Origin: a virus | Taxonomy: Duplodnaviria > Heunggongvirae > Uroviricota > Caudoviricetes | Direction: 5' to 3' (one strand) | DNA length: 64,000 nt | Virus record (IMG/VR): IMGVR_UViG_2706796742_000001 | Coordinates: 23,511-87,510 of that record | Part shown: in pieces, positions 32,240-41,809 of the stretch | How positions within the stretch are numbered: the first letter of the stretch is position 1 | Layout of the letters: the number at the start of each line of letters is the position of its first letter | The notes under the pieces: model-generated | Told to the model about the DNA's origin: nothing | Databases searched by the model: none | What the model saw: only the letters and a program-made list of their open reading frames with translations | Translations under genes and position numbers: made by a program

Positions 32240-33139
32240 TCACTTACCTACTGATAGAGGTGCTTCAATCTTCCCTGCATGTTGGTAGTTGTTAATGCCA
32301 CCAATAAAATCACTTGCAGTGAGATGTTTTAAGTCACTTAAAGTGTTAAGTGGGACACCAATCTCAAAAGTTGGTGCATGGAACTCTTCATTGTTCATCA
32401 GTTCATAAACCTGCTTCATATGGTTCTGATAAATCTGAGTATCTCCAAAGACACCTATCAAGTACCGTGGAGTGTATCCAGTCATCTTACAAAGAACTTC
32501 CAGAATAAAACCGTAAGATGCAATATTAAACGGAAGTCCTAAAAAGGTGTCTACTGAACGCTGATACCATTGTAAGTCAACTTCACCCTCGTTAGTAATA
32601 TAAATCTGAAACAGAACATGACAAGGTGCTAAAGCCATTGAGTTTGCTGCAATATCTGCTGCATTCCAAGCATTAACAAGCATGTAACGGTCTGTGATAT
32701 CACCCTTCATCTTTGTTACTAAGGTCTCTAACTGGTCTACAACACAACCATTATGACCTTCAAAGTTTCTCCACTGAACCCCGTAGATTCTTCCACCTGC
32801 ATCTTCTAACCAATCTTGTTCAGAAGAATAATTAGAGCTTAACCAGCGTTTAAAATCATCTGACCAGATAGTCCAACGTTCCCCATCATTTTCACCCCAA
32901 GTACGATAACGGAGTTCACCCAGCTTATTCTCTCCGTTCAGGAACCATAGAGCTTCCCCAATAACTTGCCGTGTAAACACCTGTTTAGATGTTAAGAGTG
33001 GGAAACCAGTTCGCATATCAAAACGAAACTGAGGTGGAGCAAATGCAGAGATAACATCTCCAGTTCGTGTAGTACGCAGTTCACCAACGGATAAAACATG
33101 GCTCAGGATATTTTTGTAACTTGTATCTGCTTGTGACAT
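32240..33139 (-). CDS. thyA: thymidylate synthase
   Basis: active-site region MALAPCHVLFQ and LGLPFNIASY match ThyA signatures; 299 aa. Confidence 0.85.
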   Translation of the reverse strand: MSQADTSYKNILSHVLSVGELRTTRTGDVISAFAPPQFRFDMRTGFPLLTSKQVFTRQVIGEALWFLNGENKLGELRYRTWGENDGERWTIWSDDFKRWLSSNYSSEQDWLEDAGGRIYGVQWRNFEGHNGCVVDQLETLVTKMKGDITDRYMLVNAWNAADIAANSMALAPCHVLFQIYITNEGEVDLQWYQRSVDTFLGLPFNIASYGFILEVLCKMTGYTPRYLIGVFGDTQIYQNHMKQVYELMNNEEFHAPTFEIGVPLNTLSDLKHLTASDFIGGINNYQHAGKIEAPLSVGK

Positions 33140-33140
33140 A

Positions 33141-33686
33141 TCAAAAGTGTCCTTTTACTTGTGGAACATAAATTTCAAAAGTTGCTTTACCATCCTCTGA
33201 TGGTTTTGACTGTACCTTTGTAAATACACGGTTATCATACAACTTATCAAAGAAGTTTTCAAAAGGTAAATGCACAGTGGCCTCTTCAGTAACTTTATGA
33301 AAGACTGTATGGAAAACTACATCAGCATACGGTAAAGCATTGACAAGGACACCTGCACCACCAATTACAAAGACATCTTCATCAATAGAGCTATCAAGAT
33401 ACTTCAAAAATGCTCCAAATGACTCTTTACTGGCTTTAGCATACATCACATCATCTTTTCCAAAGTCTATGCCTAAGTATGGTACAGAATTTGTTAAGAT
33501 GAGGTTTGCACGTTCTGGTAAAGGTTTACTACCCAGAGTCTTAAAAGTTTCGTTACCCATCACTACTAAGTTATTTTTAGTGAGTCTCTTAAACTCTTGC
33601 ATGTCCTGTTTATGTCGAGGCCACGGCATACCAGTTGGAGTACCAAACTCACCATTTTCACCACTTGCAAAGATTAATTTAATCAT
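33141..33686 (-). CDS. dihydrofolate reductase
   Basis: N-terminus MIKLIFASGENGEFGTPTGMPWP, LVVMGNETFKTLG; 181 aa adjacent to thyA. Confidence 0.8.
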   Translation of the reverse strand: MIKLIFASGENGEFGTPTGMPWPRHKQDMQEFKRLTKNNLVVMGNETFKTLGSKPLPERANLILTNSVPYLGIDFGKDDVMYAKASKESFGAFLKYLDSSIDEDVFVIGGAGVLVNALPYADVVFHTVFHKVTEEATVHLPFENFFDKLYDNRVFTKVQSKPSEDGKATFEIYVPQVKGHF

Positions 33687-33943
33687 TTTGTAAACCCTTT
33701 CTTAATAAACCAGTTGATAACATTCTTCACAGCTTTATTGCTATGGTAGATTAAGTGTGGTGTAGGTTGGTATGAACCGTAAGCCCAGAAAGCAATAATT
33801 TCACTACACCCTGTACATCTTGTACTCTCTTCCGCAATATGACCGTTGACTATTTCACTTACCTCACCTTGTAAGTCTGTACATCCACAATGTGGACAAC
33901 GGATAGGTGCTCCGTCAGACTCATAGCAGTGTTCAATTTTCAT
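33683..33943 (-). CDS. small Cys-rich (zinc-ribbon-like) protein
   Basis: 86 aa with CPHCGC ... CTGC pairs. Confidence 0.4.
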   Translation of the reverse strand: MKIEHCYESDGAPIRCPHCGCTDLQGEVSEIVNGHIAEESTRCTGCSEIIAFWAYGSYQPTPHLIYHSNKAVKNVINWFIKKGFTK

Positions 33944-34459
33944 TTATTTAACCTCAAAAACTGGCTCAAGAGCCAATATAAAATCTACACAGTCATCTTC
34001 TTCATCCAGAATACCATCAAAGTTCTTAGGAACGAAGTCGAAGAGGCTCATAGAGTAGCGGTCAGAAGTAATCCTGATAGTTCCTCCGATATTCTCTACA
34101 GTTAATATTGTACGGCTTTCTGTTACCTCACTAAGAAGATTACTTACAAAGTCATCTAAGAAGTGCTTCATCAGTGATTTAAAACCTTTAGGGTAATCTG
34201 TACCAGAGTATGTTTCAATCTGAGGTACAAGCTTAACATTTATACTAGTCTTTGTTAAGAATGTGTTAGAGAACATACTATCAGGTAACTTACAAACAGT
34301 CTTTCCAGTACCTTCATGTTCAATCTCAACAAAACCAGCTTCATCGCCACATGTAACTATTTTAAAAGATGCTTCATTATCACCCTGTGAAGCCATAAAC
34401 TTTTTAAGCATCACTTTAAGGAAATCTGCATGAGCATCTTGTAAGTAGATATCAATCAT
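33944..34459 (-). CDS. hypothetical protein
   Basis: 171-aa ORF. Confidence 0.45.
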   Translation of the reverse strand: MIDIYLQDAHADFLKVMLKKFMASQGDNEASFKIVTCGDEAGFVEIEHEGTGKTVCKLPDSMFSNTFLTKTSINVKLVPQIETYSGTDYPKGFKSLMKHFLDDFVSNLLSEVTESRTILTVENIGGTIRITSDRYSMSLFDFVPKNFDGILDEEDDCVDFILALEPVFEVK

Positions 34460-34472
34460 AGTTAATCACCTA

Positions 34473-34832
34473 TTATGGGAACAAACATTTAATGTCATCG
34501 TTTTTGAAAACGAAGCTTGTGTAGTTGTGACCGTCAACATCCAACCAAACAGCCTGAACATCTACACCATCAAGATTGTGGTAAAGCTCTTTGATGAAGT
34601 GGTCTTTCACAATCTGGCTGCTAGTTGTTTCCAGCTTAATGTTTGAGATTGCTGAACCTACAGCCATATAACCCATGACTCGCTTCTTCTCAGTATGCTT
34701 AATCTTACCATCTTTGTAAGCCATAATGAGATTGGAGAGAATCTTTACACCATAATACTTTTCAAGGTGAGTAGGTGCACCATAAAAGCCTAATGCGAAG
34801 TTTTCAGAGTGGATAATGTTTTCACGTTTCAT
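34473..34832 (-). CDS. hypothetical protein
   Basis: 119-aa ORF. Confidence 0.45.
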   Translation of the reverse strand: MKRENIIHSENFALGFYGAPTHLEKYYGVKILSNLIMAYKDGKIKHTEKKRVMGYMAVGSAISNIKLETTSSQIVKDHFIKELYHNLDGVDVQAVWLDVDGHNYTSFVFKNDDIKCLFP

Positions 34833-34833
34833 A

Positions 34834-35163
34834 TTAATCTGCCAACCTTAAATTAAAATTAACACCAAATTTTTCACATACTTCCAACATAAACTCAAGA
34901 GAGACATTACCAGTGAGGTTGATTATGTTGGATACACGAGCCTGAGAGATACCACAAATTTTAGCAACTTGCTCTTGAGAAAGACCTCTGGATTTAATCT
35001 CTCTCTTAAAACGATGTGCAACGAAATCTCTCATTTCGTCTACATCCATTGGACAAATATAACTTTCCATTTCAGCCTCTCTGTCAGCCTCCCAATCATC
35101 TTGTGGAGCATAAGGGTCAAAAACCTCATTCATCTTTCTTCTTCCGTTTTCGTGAAGTGTCAA
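34834..35163 (-). CDS. helix-turn-helix (XRE-like) DNA-binding protein
   Basis: GLSQEQVAKICGISQARVSNIINLTGN resembles an HTH_XRE motif; acidic N-terminal half. Confidence 0.5.
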   Translation of the reverse strand: MTLHENGRRKMNEVFDPYAPQDDWEADREAEMESYICPMDVDEMRDFVAHRFKREIKSRGLSQEQVAKICGISQARVSNIINLTGNVSLEFMLEVCEKFGVNFNLRLAD

Positions 35164-35338
35164 TCAATGAATCTATGTTTGTAGCTCTAACCTTTTCACG
35201 TTCATCGTTAAGATAATCATCAAGAGCCTTCTCAATCTGTGAATCATCTTGACAGATAACTGTAAAGACTGTAAAGCCATCTGTATCATCAATTATCTTA
35301 CCATAACCGCTTCTGGGATGTAACTTTTTAAGAGCCAT
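35126..35338 (-). CDS. hypothetical small protein
   Basis: 70-aa ORF overlapping the HTH gene. Confidence 0.3.
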   Translation of the reverse strand: MALKKLHPRSGYGKIIDDTDGFTVFTVICQDDSQIEKALDDYLNDEREKVRATNIDSLIDTSRKRKKKDE

Positions 35339-35339
35339 A

Positions 35340-35723
35340 TCAAATACCTGTGCAGCTTCTGTTTTCTAAGAAATACTCAACACCATACATAGCTTTTTGC
35401 ATCAAATCTTCTTTAAACTGGATGCGATGATTGAGCATAGCTTGTACATCAATATCCTCATGGTGCTTCTCTTTAATGTTTGCAGATTGCAGGAAATACT
35501 CTGCAAGAACGCGATACTGATAGTCAGTTACCTTATCAGTCATCTCTGTTAAAGACTCTTCAGAGATTGGTTTAAGCAACTCACCATTAGATATAGCAAC
35601 ACCTTTTACAATCTGGCAAGTGTCTTCTGGAACACCTGACAAGTCCACATTTGGGAGTTCTGTTGCATTGACTGGTAAATTCATTGCCATAACCATTGCA
35701 GCAGCTAATAAAATCTTTTTCAT
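35340..35723 (-). CDS. secreted/periplasmic protein with signal peptide
   Basis: N-terminus MKKILLAAAMVMAMNLPVNA looks like a Sec signal peptide; 127 aa. Confidence 0.5.
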   Translation of the reverse strand: MKKILLAAAMVMAMNLPVNATELPNVDLSGVPEDTCQIVKGVAISNGELLKPISEESLTEMTDKVTDYQYRVLAEYFLQSANIKEKHHEDIDVQAMLNHRIQFKEDLMQKAMYGVEYFLENRSCTGI

Positions 35724-35767
35724 AATGACCTCAAAGTTATATTAAATTTTGTATTACGTTGAGTATA

Positions 35768-35796
35768 AAAATAAGCTATAACACCTGACTTGTCAA
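35768..35796 (-). promoter_or_regulatory. sigma70-like promoter with flanking operator-like inverted repeat
   Basis: minus-strand TTGACA at 35796-35791 then TATTTT after 17 nt; perfect 12-bp inverted repeat AATAAGCTATAA/TTATAGCTTATT (35770-35781, 35803-35814) brackets the -35. Confidence 0.4.
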
Positions 35797-35861
35797 CAGA
35801 TTTTATAGCTTATTTGGCAGATTTTTTATAAGGCTACTGCCATCCTTCCATACCATACTAA

Positions 35862-36045
35862 ACCCGACCTTACCTCACCTTACCTAACCTTACCCCAACC
35901 TATCCTACCAGACCAAACCTTATTAAAAGACCCTGTTTAAAGACCTTTTAAAAAGGTAAGTCTCATTTTAATGTAGCTGAGACTAACTACCCGCACCGAA
36001 CCTAACCGGACCCGACCTGACATAACCGGACCTAGCCTTGCATTG
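35862..36045. repeat. 10-bp-periodic ACC-rich tandem repeat field
   Basis: ACCTTACC x3 at 35867-35893 plus degenerate units, then CCGAACCTAA/CCGGACCCGA/CCTGACATAA/CCGGACCTAG at ~35990-36030. Confidence 0.6.
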
Positions 36046-36153
36046 CCGTACATCACTTAAAAATCCTCTTAGAAGACTCTTAAGTGATGCTGGTGAGTAC
36101 CCGTTGGTTTATGCTGCTCAGTATACTCACCAAATTTTCTATGTCAACAACTT

Positions 36154-37254
36154 TTATTCATAATCCCTAATAACTAACCCAACAGGGAACTGTAAAGAAC
36201 CCTTACGAGTCATCTTCTGGAACTGAACCGTTAAAGGTTTCCCGATAAACTCTTCAGGATGCTCAGCAAGATACTGTTTCTTCTCATGGGTAGTCTTCCA
36301 TGAGACATCCACAAAGACGTTAGGAAGAGTCTCTACAACGAACTTGCCATGACCACGTTTATCGGTCTTTACACCAGTAACTTTAAACTCTTCAGTGTGC
36401 ATCTTCTTGTGCTTAATCAAGAAGTATGAACGGTGACAACACTCATAGAAGGAGTCTTCAGAGATTGAGCGGTACATTGCACCTTCAAACTGAGCTTCAA
36501 CCCACTTATCATGGGCTTCATCAAACTCTTCCCAAGAATTTACACGACGAGACTTAACAGGGACAACTTTACAGCCGTCTCTGAAGTCATTCAATGGTGA
36601 AGTCTCAATAATATCTCTACGCTCAGGCCACGTCATAGTACTGTCACAGATATCGTACCAGTAGAACTGGAGTAGATGTCGGTCTGGATTGTCAGCATTC
36701 TTAATCATAGACACAATATCTTCTAAGTCCCAACCATGAGCATAAATCTCACCATCAAAGTCTTCGACTTGTGGATGTAATTTAAGCAACAAAAGCAAAT
36801 CTGGGATTAGTTCTGCTGGGACGTTGTAAATAGTATTCTCACGAGAATAAGCCGTGAAGCTAACTAAATCAGCGTCTCTTGAAATTCTACAACGAACACC
36901 ATCAAGCTTCGGTTGAGCATCAGCAGGGAACTTCAGATACTTTGCATGGCTAACCTTTGCAGCATCATGAGCAAGCTGTACACCTACCTTCTCAGTATTC
37001 TGTGCAGACTCTTTTGTGTAAGCATAACCTTTACGGTCAACTTGCTTTTTATACTTAGCAGCAACTTCAAAGAGAGCTTGCTGTTCAGCGTTACGCTCAT
37101 TCTTTTTACCGATGTTCTTAGGCTCTGCTGTATACTCTTCAAACATCATCTTGCCATTCTCTTTACCGTAGGTTGTAATAACTTTGTCACCTACAGCAAC
37201 ACATGACCAGACGTTGAAAGAGCCGTCTTTATTTTGTTTGTACAGAATTGTCAT
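36154..37254 (-). CDS. ATP-dependent DNA ligase
   Basis: motif I KLDGVRC (K-x-D-G-x-R); 366 aa. Confidence 0.7.
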   Translation of the reverse strand: MTILYKQNKDGSFNVWSCVAVGDKVITTYGKENGKMMFEEYTAEPKNIGKKNERNAEQQALFEVAAKYKKQVDRKGYAYTKESAQNTEKVGVQLAHDAAKVSHAKYLKFPADAQPKLDGVRCRISRDADLVSFTAYSRENTIYNVPAELIPDLLLLLKLHPQVEDFDGEIYAHGWDLEDIVSMIKNADNPDRHLLQFYWYDICDSTMTWPERRDIIETSPLNDFRDGCKVVPVKSRRVNSWEEFDEAHDKWVEAQFEGAMYRSISEDSFYECCHRSYFLIKHKKMHTEEFKVTGVKTDKRGHGKFVVETLPNVFVDVSWKTTHEKKQYLAEHPEEFIGKPLTVQFQKMTRKGSLQFPVGLVIRDYE

Positions 37255-37448
37255 TTTTTAACCTCTGAGTGATACCAAGTGTAACAAGCATTACATGCGT
37301 AAAGCTCTAAGTCATTTTTATCTGGTTTATGGAAACAGTTTGACCCACAACGACACCGGAATAGCTTACCATCAACACGAAGAATGAATGTTTCAAGCTC
37401 ACCATCTTCTGTAAGAACTGCGTTCTTAAATTTATCTTCTACAGTCAT
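37251..37448 (-). CDS. small zinc-ribbon protein
   Basis: 65 aa with CRCGSNC ... CNAC. Confidence 0.4.
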   Translation of the reverse strand: MTVEDKFKNAVLTEDGELETFILRVDGKLFRCRCGSNCFHKPDKNDLELYACNACYTWYHSEVKK

Positions 37449-37651
37449 TTTCTCTTACCACCAATCTCTACGTCGATAACCTGAACATCACCAGCAACAT
37501 CGAACTTATGGATGATGCTTTCCACAGTGTAAGTCCAACCCTCGATTCGAACTAACTCACCTTCTCGTGGGACGATTGGGTTACGTTGAGCTACGGTTGT
37601 AGTGGAGTGAACAACATCATAACAGTGGATATAGTTTACTAGGACTTCCAT
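37445..37651 (-). CDS. hypothetical small protein
   Basis: 68-aa ORF with overlapping stop/start. Confidence 0.4.
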   Translation of the reverse strand: MEVLVNYIHCYDVVHSTTTVAQRNPIVPREGELVRIEGWTYTVESIIHKFDVAGDVQVIDVEIGGKRK

Positions 37652-37660
37652 ATCTTCACC

Positions 37661-37915
37661 TTAAAAGAATAAGTCAGATGCTTTTGGGTTTCTAAAACTC
37701 ATGCAGTTTTGAAGCATGGCTTCATTGTACCCATCTTGACAAACTACGTAGAGTTTATCGAAAGTTTCTTTTGATACTGGGGAGACTGATAAATCTTGGC
37801 ATACACTAAGATACCATTCGTAATCTAAGCCTCTGCTCCAAGCATCAGCGATTAGGGCTGTAGCTTTGTCTTTGCTTCTGATAACTTCATCAGACTTTTC
37901 AATTTTACTGTTCAC
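37661..37915 (-). CDS. hypothetical protein
   Basis: 84-aa ORF. Confidence 0.4.
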   Translation of the reverse strand: MNSKIEKSDEVIRSKDKATALIADAWSRGLDYEWYLSVCQDLSVSPVSKETFDKLYVVCQDGYNEAMLQNCMSFRNPKASDLFF

Positions 37916-38077
37916 GATGTTCTACCTCTCTGTACGTTCGTCGATAGTATATAATAAGCTGTGCTAACTCGTTGCTTTTAACATCTGAACGTAGCAGTTG
38001 CCAATCAAAACCTTTACCGACTCTTCCATATAAGCTAAATAATTTTACTTTGCGTTTCATTTTGGTACTCCCAATAC

Positions 38078-38290
38078 TCAGAGGACAATACTAATACGTT
38101 CACCCTTGAGGACCCCTGTACGGTCTCTTGCAATCTTACCATCAACAATAAGGATATGCGCAGACTTTAAAGATTCACTATTAAAACCTTTTACGAACTT
38201 ACTAGGCATCACCACAATAAGCATCTCCTGAATCAACTCTGGAGTATAGCAATTGTCGTGAAGTTGCTGGATAACGTCTGCAAGTTTCAT
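38078..38290 (-). CDS. hypothetical protein
   Basis: 70-aa ORF. Confidence 0.35.
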   Translation of the reverse strand: MKLADVIQQLHDNCYTPELIQEMLIVVMPSKFVKGFNSESLKSAHILIVDGKIARDRTGVLKGERISIVL

Positions 38291-38341
38291 ATAACCTCCT
38301 ATATAAGATATTGTATAAGGTACTCTTCCCTGAGCACCTTG

Positions 38342-38857
38342 TCAAGATAGTTTTGCAAACTCTCCGTGGAGTTTTATAGCAGCTTCACAGTAAGCTTTAT
38401 GGGCTTCTTCTTCTGTTGTGTACGTCCCGATATGTATAGTCTTACCATTATGGTTAATCTGGGCTTTCCACTTACCAGACTTACTTCTACTTGTACCTTT
38501 TAAGTTTTTTGATGTTCTAGGTTGCCTCCTATTAGACATGTTCTGTTCTTTTGTGGCCTCTCTAAGATTGTCCCAAGCATTATTCAAACCGTTCCCGTCT
38601 TTGTGGTCAATATGATTGTCAGGCCACTTACCTGTCATCCAGAACCAAGCAATTCGGTGATTGCCTGTCCTGTATCCTAAAATCTGGGTTTGCATATACA
38701 CACCAGACCTTGTGCGCTTGATTGTACCAGCCTGTCTTCCAATTACCACCCTACTGCTATGTGGAGGTCTGCCAATCCAAGTCAAGACCCCTGTTTCGGG
38801 GTCGTAGTCTAACCAAGATTTTAACTGTTCATGTGTGAATCCACAATCTCTCATCAA
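38342..38857 (-). CDS. HNH homing endonuclease (free-standing)
   Basis: HIDHKDGNGLNNAWDNLREATKEQN is an HNH motif; start overlaps polymerase stop. Confidence 0.7.
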   Translation of the reverse strand: MMRDCGFTHEQLKSWLDYDPETGVLTWIGRPPHSSRVVIGRQAGTIKRTRSGVYMQTQILGYRTGNHRIAWFWMTGKWPDNHIDHKDGNGLNNAWDNLREATKEQNMSNRRQPRTSKNLKGTSRSKSGKWKAQINHNGKTIHIGTYTTEEEAHKAYCEAAIKLHGEFAKLS

Positions 38858-41586
38858 TGTACCTCATACCACGATTTACCAACCTTTGCTGTACCAGTTA
38901 CAAGTGTTTCTTTCCTCAAACCTAAGTTTTTTGAAGCTTGCCCATACATCCAGTCAGCAATTGCTTTCATATCATGTGTCATACCCTCTGGACATTCCCA
39001 ACTATTTTCATCGTGATATGCCAGAAGTAACCTTGCTCCGATAGCTGGTTTTCGAGCATTCAGTTTTGTCAGGCCATCTTCACAGGCTTTTCTTGCTGCT
39101 AGGTTGATGGCCTCATTCTGAATCTGTGCTTCCGAACTCATCAGGAGGTAGTTCAGCAGTTTATGTGGAGATTTGCACCATATCCATGCTCCAGCGACCC
39201 TGATATAACCACCTTTAGCAATTGAAGAATTCTTCCCAAAAACCTCTTCCAGAGCCTTTTTAGACGCCTTAAAATCGGCTTCTAAGCTATCAAGTAACTT
39301 CTTAATCTTTGGCAGACGCATATAGTAAGTTTGTTTAGTCAATGCACCTTCTTCCGTAGATGATGCCTTGATAGTTTTTGCAAACTTCTCGTCTCCGGCT
39401 CCAAATAACAGGGCGTAGATGCCATTTTTGCTCTTCTTACGACCTTTTGTAATCTCGTGGAGAAGTTCCTCATCCTGTGTCTCCCTACAACGAACAATGT
39501 CTTCTTCCTTGTTCAGACCAAAGTAAATACTGTTCAGTGTATGCGCATCAGTCCCTGTGTAGACTTCATAGAGGTCATTTTCAGCATCATAACGCAGATA
39601 CTTGTCAGTTTCTGGATTTAGGTACTTATCAAGATGCTTGCAGTAGTATCGTCCATCATCCTGTTTAGTGAACTCTACAAACTCTTTACCTTCAGTTACC
39701 GCTTTGGTGAAGTCTTTATCACCCATAAAGTTACACAGTAAAACAAGCTGTGCAGAGTTCTGGTCAACTGAAACGATATTAGTTCCTTCCTCGCAAATCC
39801 AAACCTCCCTCATAGGTGCTCCATAGACAGCAGCACCGGACGGTACGTTTACAATACCATATTGTGTCATACGTCCAGTTGAAGTACCAAACACCATTGC
39901 ACCAGCACTAAGGCGACCATCAGGACGAATCTGGTTCAACCAACCTTTTTCATCATCCTTTGAGTTCTCAATAGTTCTGCGTCGGTGCATCAAAGTATAG
40001 TATTTAGCAATCTTCTGTCCAAGCTCACCTTCAATCGTATCATAAGATGATTCGGTAAGTTTTGGTGAAGTCCTAATCAGACAAGGTTCAAGCAAATCTG
40101 TGTACTTCTTCACAGACCAGTTATGCTCAATGTACTGGACACCTTCATGTTCAACATAACTCAAACCACACCGTTCCACCATTTCATCCCATTTAGGATG
40201 CTTGGTAATCATCTTTTTGTTGTCTTTGAAACGACAAACCTTAACAGGACGACCATCTGAGTCTTTCTTGTAGTTCCAGTCATCTGGAATCCAACCAACT
40301 GATTTCAAGTAGTCTTTAACAACTGCTACCTGAGTCATACGAGAAACTTCGAACTCAATTGGTGTATATGGTGCATCAATCAAACCTGTGTAGCGACTTG
40401 ACTCAAGTTCAAAGTGGTTAACAACATGGCTGTTATAGTACTTCACAGTTTTAACTGTTTTTACTGGCTTCCAGTCTTTGCACTTCTTACCAATCTTTGC
40501 ATTCAACTCATTGCAAATTGCACGAGCATCCTTCATTGCTACAAAACCTTCCTTGTACTCTTCACCAGTTACAGAGTTGGTTGGTGTATAGCAATTCCGC
40601 TTTTCAATGTTAAAAATCTTTGTAGTTGGCTTACCAAATGGTTTTATTTCGTATGTCTGCATCTCACCATTACGTACCTGCTGACGATACTTTGTCTTAG
40701 GGTACTTGGTAATTCTCTTCAGTCCATCTGCATGACCGAATGCTTCAACATACTCATTCCAAGCTTTTGCAAACTCTTCTCCAGTGACTTTGCCTTTGGT
40801 CTTAATAGTTGGAGGAAGATGTGGTTCAACTTCTGAAGCAAGCTCATTAGTCAACTTGTCAAGTTCCTTCACATGGAACTCCATAAGCTCTTTATCAGCT
40901 TTCCAACCATTGATAGCCTGTTGACTCATCCAGAAAGATGTTTCTTTAGCTCGCATGTAGGTTTCATAGGTATCTATGCCACACTTCTTCAGCTTGAGAT
41001 ATTCATTATCCAGTGCACGTTTAGCTTTGGCGTTAATACGGATATCTTCCACCACACGAGTGAAGATTTCTGCATTCCACACACCCCAATGTTCAATCTC
41101 TGGTTTACGTACACCAACACGAGCACCCCATGCTGCCAAACCATGAGCACCTTTATAGCCCTTTGGGGTTGGTCTATCCATCCACTGAACACGAGACTGG
41201 ATAAGAGAATCCTGAAAGAAATTACTCCACGGTTTACACTTTGGATTATCAAAGTTCCACAAATCAGGTGCAATGTGATTGAAAACCCACCAGTCATATC
41301 CCAGACCATTATGGATGCAAAGTCGTTTTGCCTTTAACGCAAACTCAACACCTTCACGCAAGCCACCCTTAATGTACTTGGTATACTTGTGACCGAGGAT
41401 AGGCTCGTCTGTAAAGACCCATACAGGTGGCTCTTCATCGTCAGATTTATAGTCTGCGAAAGCCATGACGTGTACTTTAGTGAACTCAAGGAGTAACCCA
41501 TCAGTTTCTGTATCACCAACTAAGTGTAAGTTTTTAAAATCTACGTTTTCCATTTCTACTCCCTCTAAATCATTAACCTCATACAT
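38854..41586 (-). CDS. DNA polymerase, family A (Pol I/T7-like) with 3'-5' exonuclease domain
   Basis: exo motif DTETDGL near N-terminus; 910 aa; polymerase-like C-terminal half. Confidence 0.8.
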   Translation of the reverse strand: MYEVNDLEGVEMENVDFKNLHLVGDTETDGLLLEFTKVHVMAFADYKSDDEEPPVWVFTDEPILGHKYTKYIKGGLREGVEFALKAKRLCIHNGLGYDWWVFNHIAPDLWNFDNPKCKPWSNFFQDSLIQSRVQWMDRPTPKGYKGAHGLAAWGARVGVRKPEIEHWGVWNAEIFTRVVEDIRINAKAKRALDNEYLKLKKCGIDTYETYMRAKETSFWMSQQAINGWKADKELMEFHVKELDKLTNELASEVEPHLPPTIKTKGKVTGEEFAKAWNEYVEAFGHADGLKRITKYPKTKYRQQVRNGEMQTYEIKPFGKPTTKIFNIEKRNCYTPTNSVTGEEYKEGFVAMKDARAICNELNAKIGKKCKDWKPVKTVKTVKYYNSHVVNHFELESSRYTGLIDAPYTPIEFEVSRMTQVAVVKDYLKSVGWIPDDWNYKKDSDGRPVKVCRFKDNKKMITKHPKWDEMVERCGLSYVEHEGVQYIEHNWSVKKYTDLLEPCLIRTSPKLTESSYDTIEGELGQKIAKYYTLMHRRRTIENSKDDEKGWLNQIRPDGRLSAGAMVFGTSTGRMTQYGIVNVPSGAAVYGAPMREVWICEEGTNIVSVDQNSAQLVLLCNFMGDKDFTKAVTEGKEFVEFTKQDDGRYYCKHLDKYLNPETDKYLRYDAENDLYEVYTGTDAHTLNSIYFGLNKEEDIVRCRETQDEELLHEITKGRKKSKNGIYALLFGAGDEKFAKTIKASSTEEGALTKQTYYMRLPKIKKLLDSLEADFKASKKALEEVFGKNSSIAKGGYIRVAGAWIWCKSPHKLLNYLLMSSEAQIQNEAINLAARKACEDGLTKLNARKPAIGARLLLAYHDENSWECPEGMTHDMKAIADWMYGQASKNLGLRKETLVTGTAKVGKSWYEVH

Positions 41587-41612
41587 TACTGCAAAAAATT
41601 ATAAAAAGCAAG

Positions 41613-41642
41613 TTGACAATGTACTTGACAAGGTGTTAATCT
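41613..41642 (+). promoter_or_regulatory. sigma70-like promoter, tandem TTGACA module
   Basis: GTTGACAATGTACTTGACAAGGTGT, near-identical to the 1186 module; TAATCT 18 nt after first TTGACA. Confidence 0.5.
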
Positions 41643-41809
41643 TTGCGAAGTGGGTTTTTACTTAAAAGGTTACTTAACAGTTTAACTATACAGATACTTT
41701 AAAACTCTTAAAAGATTATTTAATAGCTTTTAAAAAGCTTTAAAGTATAACGTATAGAATACGTTAAGATAAAAGATTAAAACTTAATAGTTACTTAAAA
41801 GAGGCTTAC

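Noticed and set aside
35862-36045. Possible CRISPR array
   Set aside because: Repeat unit is ~10 bp with no unique spacers and no cas genes
36185-36215. Third copy of the CTTACGAG box
   Set aside because: Only an 8-nt match, inside the ligase coding sequence; consistent with chance
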